Position numbers and translations under genes: made by a program | DNA from: Candidatus Woesearchaeota archaeon | GTDB lineage: Archaea; Nanobdellota; Nanobdellia; Pacearchaeales; GW2011-AR1 | DNA length: 64,000 bases | Direction of reading: 5' to 3' | Assembly: GCA_964545065.1 (NCBI GenBank) | Contig: CAZJEO010000001.1 | Location: 53,338-117,337, forward strand | Shown here: one piece after another, positions 9,656-17,468 of the stretch | Layout: each line of letters opens with the position of its first letter | Position numbering within the stretch: position 1 is the first letter of the stretch | The notes under the pieces: model-generated | What the model was told of the DNA's origin: nothing | Database searches by the model: none | What the model saw: only the letters and a program-made list of their open reading frames with translations

Positions 9656-11077
9656 TTATTTCAAGCCAAACAATCTCTTAAAAAAATCTTTGATTGATTG
9701 TATTAGTTGTTGGAACCATGAAAGTTCTTTTTCTTCTACTTCTTCATCATCTAAGTAAATTGTTTTAGGTTCAAATTGTGCTAAGTATTGAGATTGAGCA
9801 TCTGTTGTATCGTCGTCTAATGAAGAGTAACCAACTGATTTCTTTTTATCATCATCTTCTGGTTCTTCTGATGTGTCGATTGAGAATGTCACGCTTTCAC
9901 TTGCTGAATTTCCGCTTGTATCTTCTGCGTAGAATATTACTGTGTGTGTTCCATCTTCAAGATTTGTTAAAGTATATGTGAAAATGTGATCTGACGGGTT
10001 GGTCATTGGTATGCTTGCTGTACCATCTAAACTAAATGTTCTTATAGGAACATCTTCATCTGTGATTATTCTTAGATTTATTGTGCTAGTGTTATATTCT
10101 ATTGCTTCTGGAGACATTATGTTGATTGTTGGAGCTGTTGTGTCTGGGACAGTTGTGTCTACTGTGAATGTTATTGTTTCTGTTACTGAGTTTCCTGAAT
10201 CATCAATTGCAGTAACTGATAAAGTATTTGTTCCTTCAACAGAAGTTATGCTTACATCTTTTGTGGTTCCTGAAACACAAGATACTGTAACAGAAGATGC
10301 TCCATTGATAATGTACGAGCATGAATCTAAGTTTGTGTCTGTTGCGATGAAATTGAAATATTCTACTGGAGCATTATATGTTTGCCCGTTGTTTGGTGCG
10401 ATGATGTTTACTATTGGGTCTGTTGTGTCTGGAGCTGAAGCAGAAACAATTACTGTTCTTGTAACTTCTGTTGCATCATTTCCAGCTGCATCTTGAACAT
10501 TATAAGTTACTGTGTAAGTTCCAGCAACACCTGTGTAAACTGGATTGTAAGTTACTATGCTAGATGTTATATTTCCATCAACATTATCCTCTGCTGTTGC
10601 ACCCGGATCTATGTATGTTGCTCCTACTGCTAGTTCAACTTCATCAGCTCCTAAAAGAGTTATTACAGGAGCAATTGTATCTGGTTCTGGCTCAGGTTCT
10701 TCAGCAGGGTTTACTGTTAAAGATAAATAGCTAGGATCTGTAAATTCATCAGAACCTATAATTTCTATTTGATAAGCTCCTGGAGAATATGTGCCTGGAA
10801 TTGTGTAAAGATTATAATTGCTATGTTCACTAACTGGGGAAAGAGAATTACCATTAATTGTCACACTTAATGTTTCTGGAGGAGTGATGAAGTCAACTTC
10901 AAAATTAACACTTGTTCCTTCAATTATTGTTACTCCAATTATAAAACCAAATTCATCTAGTGTTGTTGAGAGATAATCTGGAGAATCGTCAAATGAGCCA
11001 TAAACAAGTACAGCACTTGCAAAACTAAGCATGAATACAATCATTACTGATGCTAATATGATTTTTGATGATTTCAT
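9656..11077 (-). CDS. secreted surface protein with tandem Ig-like (HYR/DUF5011-like) domains
   Basis: 473 aa. Signal peptide, then DTIAPVITLLGADEVELAVGATYIDPGATAEDNVDGNITS...TYTVTYNVQDAAGNDA, typical of HYR/DUF5011 Ig folds. Acidic linker and an amphipathic C-terminal helix. Confidence 0.65.
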   Translation of the reverse strand: MKSSKIILASVMIVFMLSFASAVLVYGSFDDSPDYLSTTLDEFGFIIGVTIIEGTSVNFEVDFITPPETLSVTINGNSLSPVSEHSNYNLYTIPGTYSPGAYQIEIIGSDEFTDPSYLSLTVNPAEEPEPEPDTIAPVITLLGADEVELAVGATYIDPGATAEDNVDGNITSSIVTYNPVYTGVAGTYTVTYNVQDAAGNDATEVTRTVIVSASAPDTTDPIVNIIAPNNGQTYNAPVEYFNFIATDTNLDSCSYIINGASSVTVSCVSGTTKDVSITSVEGTNTLSVTAIDDSGNSVTETITFTVDTTVPDTTAPTINIMSPEAIEYNTSTINLRIITDEDVPIRTFSLDGTASIPMTNPSDHIFTYTLTNLEDGTHTVIFYAEDTSGNSASESVTFSIDTSEEPEDDDKKKSVGYSSLDDDTTDAQSQYLAQFEPKTIYLDDEEVEEKELSWFQQLIQSIKDFFKRLFGLK

Positions 11078-12465
11078 TCTATTCTTGGACTCCTATAGGA
11101 AAATCCTTGGACAATGGTTAATTGATTTTTGTCGACATTCACGTCCATAGTTGTTCTAGAACCAACTCCTGATTTTAGAACTCCTTCTAATCCCATTCGA
11201 ATTGATTTAGACCATTCTGATTCTGGAATCGAATTTTGGTTTGATTTTATTATTGTTCCATCAGATTTCATTAATTCTTCTAATCTAGACTTAATCCAGT
11301 TAGTATAGTGTATTGCCCCACCAAATAATATTTTAAGTTGTTCTGCTCCAAATGTGAAATCTAATGCTCCTCCAACCATTCTTTTTTCTAATTCTTCTGT
11401 GATTCTGTGTCCATTTATTCCTCTTGGGGAAGGTTCTGTTGTTATTTCTTCAAGAATTCTATTTGCATAAATTGCTCCAAGAACTGACAAAGTAATTCCA
11501 AAATTGTTTTCTTTTATTGCAGGTTCCCAAGAAAATCCGAGTTCTCCATATCCAAATTCTTTTCCTCCAGATCCTCCAATATTAAATGCAACTCTTGATC
11601 TTTCTCTTAAAAGAATTCTTCTTAATATTTTTTCGTCAATTGGTGGTTCATAAAGTTTTGTATCTGATTCTTGAACTGTTGTTTCATCCATCCTTATACC
11701 ATCATCTATTTTAATTGTAGTTGGTGCAGTCTTTGCCTCTTCTTGATAATCTGGCTTAGGTGGCATTATTCTTGATTCGTTAGATGTAGCTAACACAGCG
11801 TCCATTACCTTTGGAAGGTTTGGTTCGGGATAGGTTATTCCTGTGAGTAATTGAGAATTTTGTGCTAAAGGATATTCTGGCGTACGAAGTCCAATACTTG
11901 GTTCATCAGGTTCTTCTTGAATGTCTGGGTAGGTTTCTTGCATTACTTTAATAAATTCAGATGCATATTGTGGGGTATCTTCATATTTTGCTAATCTTGA
12001 TTCTGCTGATGCTAATTTTTCTAATAAGTTTGCGTTTTTTAATCCGTCTCGAGCTAAATTTTCTTTCACTTTGATGAATGCGTTTTTTAGAGATGTAGTA
12101 ATAGTATAACCAAATTCAGGATTCATTTTATCATTGTCTCCTTCATCTGGTTCTCTGTTTTTGTTTCTATCATAAACCCAAGTTCCATCTGGCCTCATTA
12201 AATATTCATCATCAGTGCCTTTCTTGAAGACTCTTCCATTTCTTCTGACTTCAATTGTTTTATCAGAATAACCAAATTCAAGAATTGCTTTATCTGGATT
12301 ATCATAGAAACCTTCTGTCATTCCTCTTGGTGCACTATAAGCTGTTGGATTAATTATTGGTCCATCTGAATATTCTTGAAGTCCTTCAGCATGAATTCCT
12401 TTACCAGCAAATGCTAAAGCTCCTACAAGACTTAAAACTTTAGTAATTTTTCCCATGCGTTTCAA
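11074..12465 (-). CDS. secreted hypothetical protein
   Basis: 463 aa. Signal MKRMGKITKVLSLVGALAFAGKGIHA. Its stop overlaps the next start (ATGA at 11074..11077). Confidence 0.55.
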   Translation of the reverse strand: MKRMGKITKVLSLVGALAFAGKGIHAEGLQEYSDGPIINPTAYSAPRGMTEGFYDNPDKAILEFGYSDKTIEVRRNGRVFKKGTDDEYLMRPDGTWVYDRNKNREPDEGDNDKMNPEFGYTITTSLKNAFIKVKENLARDGLKNANLLEKLASAESRLAKYEDTPQYASEFIKVMQETYPDIQEEPDEPSIGLRTPEYPLAQNSQLLTGITYPEPNLPKVMDAVLATSNESRIMPPKPDYQEEAKTAPTTIKIDDGIRMDETTVQESDTKLYEPPIDEKILRRILLRERSRVAFNIGGSGGKEFGYGELGFSWEPAIKENNFGITLSVLGAIYANRILEEITTEPSPRGINGHRITEELEKRMVGGALDFTFGAEQLKILFGGAIHYTNWIKSRLEELMKSDGTIIKSNQNSIPESEWSKSIRMGLEGVLKSGVGSRTTMDVNVDKNQLTIVQGFSYRSPRIE

Positions 12466-12523
12466 AGAAAAAAGTATTTTATAAACTTTTCTATACTGTT
12501 GTTATTCTATAGTTACTGCAAAA

Positions 12524-13381
12524 TTAGGCTAATGTGGCATATAGAACGCAAGCTACAATAACCCCTGCTGCTACGATGTTCTTCATTTTTATTTTTTCTT
12601 TTAAGAAAATGCGTGCGAAAGCGTAGATGAATATTGGTCCTAACATAAGTATTAGAGTTGTAAAGATTACACCTATGTTGAGATATCCATAATAAACTAT
12701 GATTCTGTAAGCAACCCAAGCCACTCCTGTCAATAAAATTTTGAGACGGACAGATTTGTCTGCTTTCTTTAAACTTGGTCTGAAGAGAGCTAAACTAAAT
12801 AATAAGATAGCTGAACTTCGGAGAAAATAGAAACTGATTGGAGAATAGAAATCAAGAATTAATCTTGTTATAACTAATTCTAATGCAAAGAAAAAGCTTC
12901 CGATGATTGCTGCTATGAAATATTTATTGAAACTTAAATGATGTTTTTTTATGTGTGTTAAAAGCAAGGCTGCTCCAGCGATTATTGCTGGGATAATGAC
13001 TTTTAGATTTCTTTCAAAAAGATTTTCAAAGAAGAAACTAAAACCAATTGCTAAAAGTATTACAAATAATGGTTCGAGAACTTTGGCTGGTTCAAGGTTG
13101 CTGACTTTTTCCCATTTCATAGAATAGAATGTAAAAAGATTTGCGATAATGGAAAACACAATAATTGATCCAAAGATTAGTATGTTTTTTAATTGCAAGG
13201 CTTGTGCGTCAAGTTTCCAAAAGAAATAAACAAATGGTAACATAACAATTACAATTGCTAGGAATTCTAAGGTTTGATATAATTTAATGTTGATTTTCTT
13301 TTTTTGTAAAACTAGCTTTTGTAGAATTGTGCCCGTTGCTAATGCAAATGCTCCTATGATGGGGATATGTATTGGTATCAT
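12524..13381 (-). CDS. EamA/DMT-family transporter
   Basis: 285 aa with about 10 hydrophobic helices in two repeated halves. Confidence 0.7.
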   Translation of the reverse strand: MIPIHIPIIGAFALATGTILQKLVLQKKKINIKLYQTLEFLAIVIVMLPFVYFFWKLDAQALQLKNILIFGSIIVFSIIANLFTFYSMKWEKVSNLEPAKVLEPLFVILLAIGFSFFFENLFERNLKVIIPAIIAGAALLLTHIKKHHLSFNKYFIAAIIGSFFFALELVITRLILDFYSPISFYFLRSSAILLFSLALFRPSLKKADKSVRLKILLTGVAWVAYRIIVYYGYLNIGVIFTTLILMLGPIFIYAFARIFLKEKIKMKNIVAAGVIVACVLYATLA

Positions 13382-13525
13382 TCTCTTTTAGATGATATGG
13401 GAAGGGTGTTTAAAAGAATTTTGAATAGTAAAACTTTAAAACCCATTCCACTTTTAAAAAATAAGGTCCATCTTGTAATGGACCTTGAAAAGCTTTCATG
13501 GATAGGAAAGATAGTAACTGTCCAA

Positions 13526-13597
13526 GGTCCATTAGTCCAATGGCTAAGACGACTCGTTTACACCGAGTAGACTCAGGTTCGATTCCTGGATGGACCA
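13526..13597 (+). tRNA. tRNA-Val (UAC)
   Basis: Acceptor GGTCCAT/ATGGACC, anticodon arm ACTCG-TTTACAC-CGAGT, T arm TCAGG-TTCGATT-CCTGG. Confidence 0.88.
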
Positions 13598-13640
13598 TGA
13601 ATCCCTAAATCTTTTTAAATTAATTATATAAGAATTATAT

Positions 13641-14081
13641 ATGCAATATTTAGAAATGACATTAGAAGATAGTTTAGAAGGGATTTTTGATGTTGGAGAA
13701 GAATCATTTAATGAATTTTATCCTAGAGATAAATTTCTCAAAAGATTGCAAGATAGAAAATATTGGATTTATGTGGCAAAAGAAGAAGAGATAGTTGGCT
13801 TTAAAATATTCTATGAAGATGAAGATGGACAAATTTATAATTGGTTAGATGGTATTAAGCCTTCATATGGGAGGAGAGGTCTTGCTTCTGTTTTGATGAA
13901 TATGGAAATTGATTTTGGAAGACAAAATGGATATTCTAAAATAAAATTAAAAACTCATGAAGGACATCCTGAAATGATTGATTTATGTAAAAAATTTGGT
14001 TTTGTTGAAATAAGAAGAGAACCTCATCATTGGAAAGAGAGTATTGATAAAGAAGCTATATTTTTTGAGTTAACTTTATGA
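13641..14081 (+). CDS. GNAT-family N-acetyltransferase
   Basis: 146 aa. The RRGLASVLM acetyl-CoA motif A-like segment and overall size fit GNAT. Confidence 0.6.
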   Translation: MQYLEMTLEDSLEGIFDVGEESFNEFYPRDKFLKRLQDRKYWIYVAKEEEIVGFKIFYEDEDGQIYNWLDGIKPSYGRRGLASVLMNMEIDFGRQNGYSKIKLKTHEGHPEMIDLCKKFGFVEIRREPHHWKESIDKEAIFFELTL

Positions 14082-14100
14082 TCTAGTTTATGACGAAATC

Positions 14101-14109
14101 TTTATATAA
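14101..14109 (+). promoter_or_regulatory. TATA box of tRNA-Gly
   Basis: TTTATATAA lies 22 nt upstream of the tRNA 5' end. Confidence 0.45.
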
Positions 14110-14131
14110 TTTATTTATGAATCAGGTGTAA

Positions 14132-14277
14132 GCGCGGATAGTTTATTGGTAGAATATCTCGTTGCCAATGAGAACCACCAGCGGGTTCTTCACAATTCCT
14201 GCAACCCAGCAGGAAGCTGTAGAATGAATGGTGGAAGCAAAAACGAGGTGAGCCGAGTTCGATTCTCGGTCCGCGCA
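14132..14277 (+). tRNA. tRNA-Gly (GCC) with a 75-nt intron after position 37
   Basis: Acceptor GCGCGGA/TCCGCGC, D arm GTTT-ATTGGTA-GAAT, anticodon stem TCTCG/CGAGG, loop TTGCCA|intron|A, T arm CCGAG-TTCGATT-CTCGG. Spliced length is 71 nt. Confidence 0.85.
14168..14242 (+). other. tRNA-Gly intron (canonical 37/38 position, relaxed bulge-helix-bulge)
   Basis: TTGC (14162..14165) pairs with GCAA (14237..14240), followed by the 3-nt bulge AAA (14241..14243) next to CGAGG. The 5' side is irregular. Internal helices are CCACC/GGTGG, AGAACC/GGTTCT and TTCCTGC/GCAGGAA. Confidence 0.7.
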
Positions 14278-14385
14278 TAACTTTTCGAGAATCTTACCCA
14301 AGGAGGGCACAAGAACCTCTTCGAGGCACTCTCCGAGTTTCCCAAGGGATGATACTTCGTAGGCCTCGATTCTCGGTCCGCGCAT
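14278..14385 (+). other. GC-rich tRNA-Gly pseudo-3'-half with an insert in the T loop (unknown function)
   Basis: Perfect 20-nt repeat of the tRNA 3' end (14259..14278 = 14366..14385). It is preceded by CGAGG and CCGAG-TTT and by the 28-nt insert TTTCCCAAGGGATGATACTTCGTAGGCC, which is also found after tRNA-Trp. Confidence 0.6.
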
Positions 14386-14423
14386 TTAGGAACTTTTAAA
14401 TAGCCGTGATTTATTTTTTCACT

Positions 14424-15980
14424 ATGGAATCAGACAAATCTGAAGATAGAGACATACCTGAGATGAATCTTAATAAAAAGTATTCTAGCAAACTTCCTGA
14501 AATTCCCCAGACACCAGACAAAATTCAAAAGGAAATGGAGAAAGTTAAGAAAGATCTTGAGAAATTGAAGAATTTTATTGTTAAGAAATATTCTTTTACT
14601 CAGGCGATTGGAATCTTGCCGCCAATGTCAATTAAGTTGTTTGTCGAGGAGGAAGAAGTTCCCAAGGAAACAGAAAAGTATGTTCATTTGTATATGATTG
14701 TTCCTGAAGAAAAATTTAAAGAAATACCAAAAATAAAGAAAGAGATTGTGGCTCATATTGAATCAATGAATGAGAAAATTTGGCTTCATATTAAAACTCC
14801 AGTTGATCTTTGGGAAGTTTGTCTTGATAGTAAATTTGATTTGGCCAGCGCAATTGGGATGTCTTTACCTCTTTATGATAAAGGAATTTTGGGAGCATTG
14901 AGGGTAGCAGAAATTCACAAATCATTGGTTTTACAAAAGTTTGAAAAATATGTTGTTAGCTATGTTATTGGGGGAAGTTTAGTTAGGGGAGAAGCTGTAA
15001 AGACTTCTGATGTTGATGTTTTTATAATTATTAATGATACTGATGTGAAGAGAATGCCGAGGTTGGAGTTGAAGGAAAGGTTAAGGGGAATTATTTACCA
15101 GTATGTTGCTGAAGCTTCTGCGCTTGCTGGTGTTAAGAATAAACTTGAACCGCAAATTTATCTTTTGACTGATTTTTGGGAAAGTGTAAAGGATGCGCAT
15201 CCTGTTATTTTTACTTTTATTAGAGATGGAATTCCTCTTTATGATAGGGGAACATTCATGCCATGGAAAGCTTTGTTGAAAATGGGTAAGTTAAAACCGT
15301 CGCCAGAGGCGATTGAGATGTTTATGTCAATGGGGGATAAGACTGTTACTCGAGCAAAAGCAGGTTTATTAGATATTGTGATTCATGATCTTTATTGGGG
15401 GGTTTTAACTCCAAGCCAGGCAGTTTTAATGCTTTATGGTTTGCCCCCACCAACACATAAGACTGCTGCCAATGAAATGAAAAAGATTTTTGTTGATAAA
15501 GAAAAAATGTTAGAATTAAAGTATGTTAAAATTCTTGAAAAAATTGTTGGAATTTACAAGGATTATGAGCATGAGAAAATAAAGGACATTAAAGGTGCTG
15601 AAGTTGATAAGCTGATTAAAGATACAGAAGATTATTTGAAGAGGTTGAAAGAATTGAGAGAGCAAATTGAGAAGCGAACTTCTGAGAAAACAATTGAACA
15701 AATTTATGCGGACACTTTTAGTGTTTTGAAAGGAATGCTTGGAAATAAAACGCAAAAAGCAATGGTTGAAAGTTTTGAGAAAGATTTGGTTAAGAAGGGC
15801 AAGATGCCACCGCACAATTTGAGGATTTTGAAGAATATTATTTCTGCACGAGTAGATTTTAAAAAAGGAAAGTTGAACGTCCATAAAGTTGATGATGCTC
15901 GAAAACAAGCTTCGATTTTGATGAATGATTTGATTGAATATAATCAGAGATGTGATTTGGCTAATGGGAAGAAAAAATAA
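14424..15980 (+). CDS. nucleotidyltransferase-domain protein (pol-beta superfamily) with a long helical C-terminal region
   Basis: ORF 14406..15980. NTase motif GGSLVRGEAVKTSDVDVFIIIND. ATG 14424 sits 22 nt after AACTTTTAAATA (14391..14402). Paralogous to 17469..18329. Confidence 0.7.
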   Translation: MESDKSEDRDIPEMNLNKKYSSKLPEIPQTPDKIQKEMEKVKKDLEKLKNFIVKKYSFTQAIGILPPMSIKLFVEEEEVPKETEKYVHLYMIVPEEKFKEIPKIKKEIVAHIESMNEKIWLHIKTPVDLWEVCLDSKFDLASAIGMSLPLYDKGILGALRVAEIHKSLVLQKFEKYVVSYVIGGSLVRGEAVKTSDVDVFIIINDTDVKRMPRLELKERLRGIIYQYVAEASALAGVKNKLEPQIYLLTDFWESVKDAHPVIFTFIRDGIPLYDRGTFMPWKALLKMGKLKPSPEAIEMFMSMGDKTVTRAKAGLLDIVIHDLYWGVLTPSQAVLMLYGLPPPTHKTAANEMKKIFVDKEKMLELKYVKILEKIVGIYKDYEHEKIKDIKGAEVDKLIKDTEDYLKRLKELREQIEKRTSEKTIEQIYADTFSVLKGMLGNKTQKAMVESFEKDLVKKGKMPPHNLRILKNIISARVDFKKGKLNVHKVDDARKQASILMNDLIEYNQRCDLANGKKK

Positions 15981-16024
15981 TTATTAGCAACTTTTAAAAA
16001 CTAAATTTCTTGATAATAATTATA

Positions 16025-16279
16025 ATGAAAGGAAAAGTTATTCAATTTAGGCGTGGAAGACATGTGATTCATGAACGGCACTTTTTGATAGAAGTTGGTA
16101 CGAAAAATAGGGAAGAAGCTGAGAAGTTTGTGGGAAAAGAAGTTGAATGGAAGTCGCCTGCTGGAAAAGTGATTAAGGGAAAAATTGCAGCGCCTCATGG
16201 AAACAATGGATTGGTTCGAGCTATTTTTGAAAAAGGTTTGCCTGGGCAAGCTGTTACAACAGAGGTTGAAATAAAATAA
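16025..16279 (+). CDS. rpl35ae: 50S ribosomal protein L35Ae
   Basis: GKVIQFRRG...WKSPAGKVIKGKIAAPHGNNGLVRAIFEKGLPGQA matches archaeal L35Ae. ATG 16025 follows AACTTTTAAAAA (15989..16000). Confidence 0.92.
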   Translation: MKGKVIQFRRGRHVIHERHFLIEVGTKNREEAEKFVGKEVEWKSPAGKVIKGKIAAPHGNNGLVRAIFEKGLPGQAVTTEVEIK

Positions 16280-16280
16280 A

Positions 16281-16826
16281 ATGCCACCATTAAGAAAAGC
16301 TACAGCGTATTCAAAGAAGAAAGTTACCCCATATACTAGGGTTAGCAAGAAAAAGGGAAAGTCTTACATTAAAACTGTTCCGCAGCAGAAAATTGTTAAG
16401 TTTGCAATGGGGAAACATAAATCTTTTGCTAATGGGAGATTGCTTCATACTTTGACAATGATTTCTACAGAAAATGTTCAAGTTCGGCATAATGCTCTTG
16501 AGGCTTGTAGGCAGTTTGTTAATAAGAAACTTGAGACAGAACTTAAGGGGCAATATTATTTTAGAATAATTCCTTATTCACATCATGTTCAAAGAGAGAA
16601 TAGAATGCTTACTGGTGCAGGAGCAGATAGAATGCAGACAGGAATGCAATTATCTTTTGGGAAGGCTATGGGAAAATCAGCTATTGTAAAGAAAAATACT
16701 CCTCTGTTTTTCGTCGCTGTTCAGAATCCAAAGGCAGCTGCTTTTGCTAGGAAATTGTATAAGCAGATTAAGTCTAAGCTTCCTGGAAAAACTAGAGTTC
16801 TTTACGAGATTAAGAAGAAAGCATAA
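16281..16826 (+). CDS. rpl10e: 50S ribosomal protein L10e (uL16)
   Basis: 181 aa. ENVQVRHNALEACRQ... and GAGADRMQTGMQLSFGKAMG are typical of L10e. Confidence 0.92.
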   Translation: MPPLRKATAYSKKKVTPYTRVSKKKGKSYIKTVPQQKIVKFAMGKHKSFANGRLLHTLTMISTENVQVRHNALEACRQFVNKKLETELKGQYYFRIIPYSHHVQRENRMLTGAGADRMQTGMQLSFGKAMGKSAIVKKNTPLFFVAVQNPKAAAFARKLYKQIKSKLPGKTRVLYEIKKKA

Positions 16827-16888
16827 TGTTTAATTCTTTAGTGGTAACATTTAGAAAAGTTTATAAAGTAGAAATGTGAGAGAATAAT

Positions 16889-17452
16889 ATGACAAATGAA
16901 GAAGAAAAACCAGATATGAAGAGATATGATTATCTTGGATTAGTTGCACAATTAAACGAAGCAGATCAAATTTATACTTTGGCAGCTATGGATAATTATG
17001 TAGATGGTTTGCAAGAAAAAGATTTAAGAGAAAATAGTAAAGCTCAATTGAGGTCATCAAAACAAGGATCTGGATTAGAACATGCCATTGAAGCATCTTC
17101 TGAAAAATATGTAACTAATCGTAATAAAACTACTTTAAAAGATTTTTGTGATATTTATTCTGTAGATGAGTTTACAAGAAAATCACTTGAGAGTTATTCT
17201 AAAAGAACAATTGGAGATATAGAGAAAGAATATAGTTCTTTAACAGAAATAGTTAAAAGTAAGACAGGTAATTTTACTAAAGAACAAAAAGAAGATGCTA
17301 AAAAGAAACTTGAAGAGTATAATCCAGTTATGGCTAAGATAAAATTTGTTGAAGATGAAAGATTTACAAATTTGAAAATTGACGCCATTAAAAGAACAAA
17401 GCAAAATATGGAAGAGGAAGAAAAAGAGAAACAATTGGCAAACGCTGCTTAA
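16889..17452 (+). CDS. hypothetical coiled-coil protein
   Basis: 187-aa charged, helical ORF with no recognised motif. Confidence 0.5.
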   Translation: MTNEEEKPDMKRYDYLGLVAQLNEADQIYTLAAMDNYVDGLQEKDLRENSKAQLRSSKQGSGLEHAIEASSEKYVTNRNKTTLKDFCDIYSVDEFTRKSLESYSKRTIGDIEKEYSSLTEIVKSKTGNFTKEQKEDAKKKLEEYNPVMAKIKFVEDERFTNLKIDAIKRTKQNMEEEEKEKQLANAA

Positions 17453-17468
17453 TTATTTTATAGAAAAA

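Noticed and set aside
12513-12719. 68-aa ORF overlapping the 3' end of the EamA transporter gene in another frame.
   Set aside because: It is fully contained within the transporter gene region on the same strand. It has no independent start context and its composition is implausible.
14157-14176. Alternative reading of tRNA-Gly with an uninterrupted anticodon arm (TCTCG-TTGCCAA-TGAGA) and the insertion placed in the variable region.
   Set aside because: The first intron nucleotides can mimic the 3' stem strand. However, the canonical 37/38 model gives a perfect TTGC/GCAA helix plus a 3-nt bulge next to CGAGG, and a normal 71-nt product. The alternative has no recognisable splice motif. Ambiguity remains until the RNA is sequenced.
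14338-14365. Box C/D sRNA in the shared insert (GGGATGATAC looks C-box-like).
   Set aside because: Only 5/7 (Gly locus) or 4/7 (Trp locus) matches to RUGAUGA. No CUGA D box and no C'/D' boxes lie downstream. The size and layout do not fit.
14143-14385. 80-aa minus-strand ORF covering the tRNA-Gly locus.
   Set aside because: It lies entirely antisense to a tRNA gene, its intron and the GC-rich trailer. The open frame comes from GC-rich structured-RNA sequence. Its similarity to the ORF at 58799..59089 is explained by the shared nucleotide motif.
14278-14385. Reading the tRNA-Gly trailer as an independent second tRNA, or as a split-tRNA 3' half with a T-loop BHB intron.
   Set aside because: No complementary 5' acceptor strand (GCGCGGA) or D-arm/anticodon half precedes it. 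I also could not build two 3-nt bulges separated by a 4-bp helix around the insert. The tRNA-Trp counterpart has a defective acceptor strand. I kept it as an unexplained element instead.
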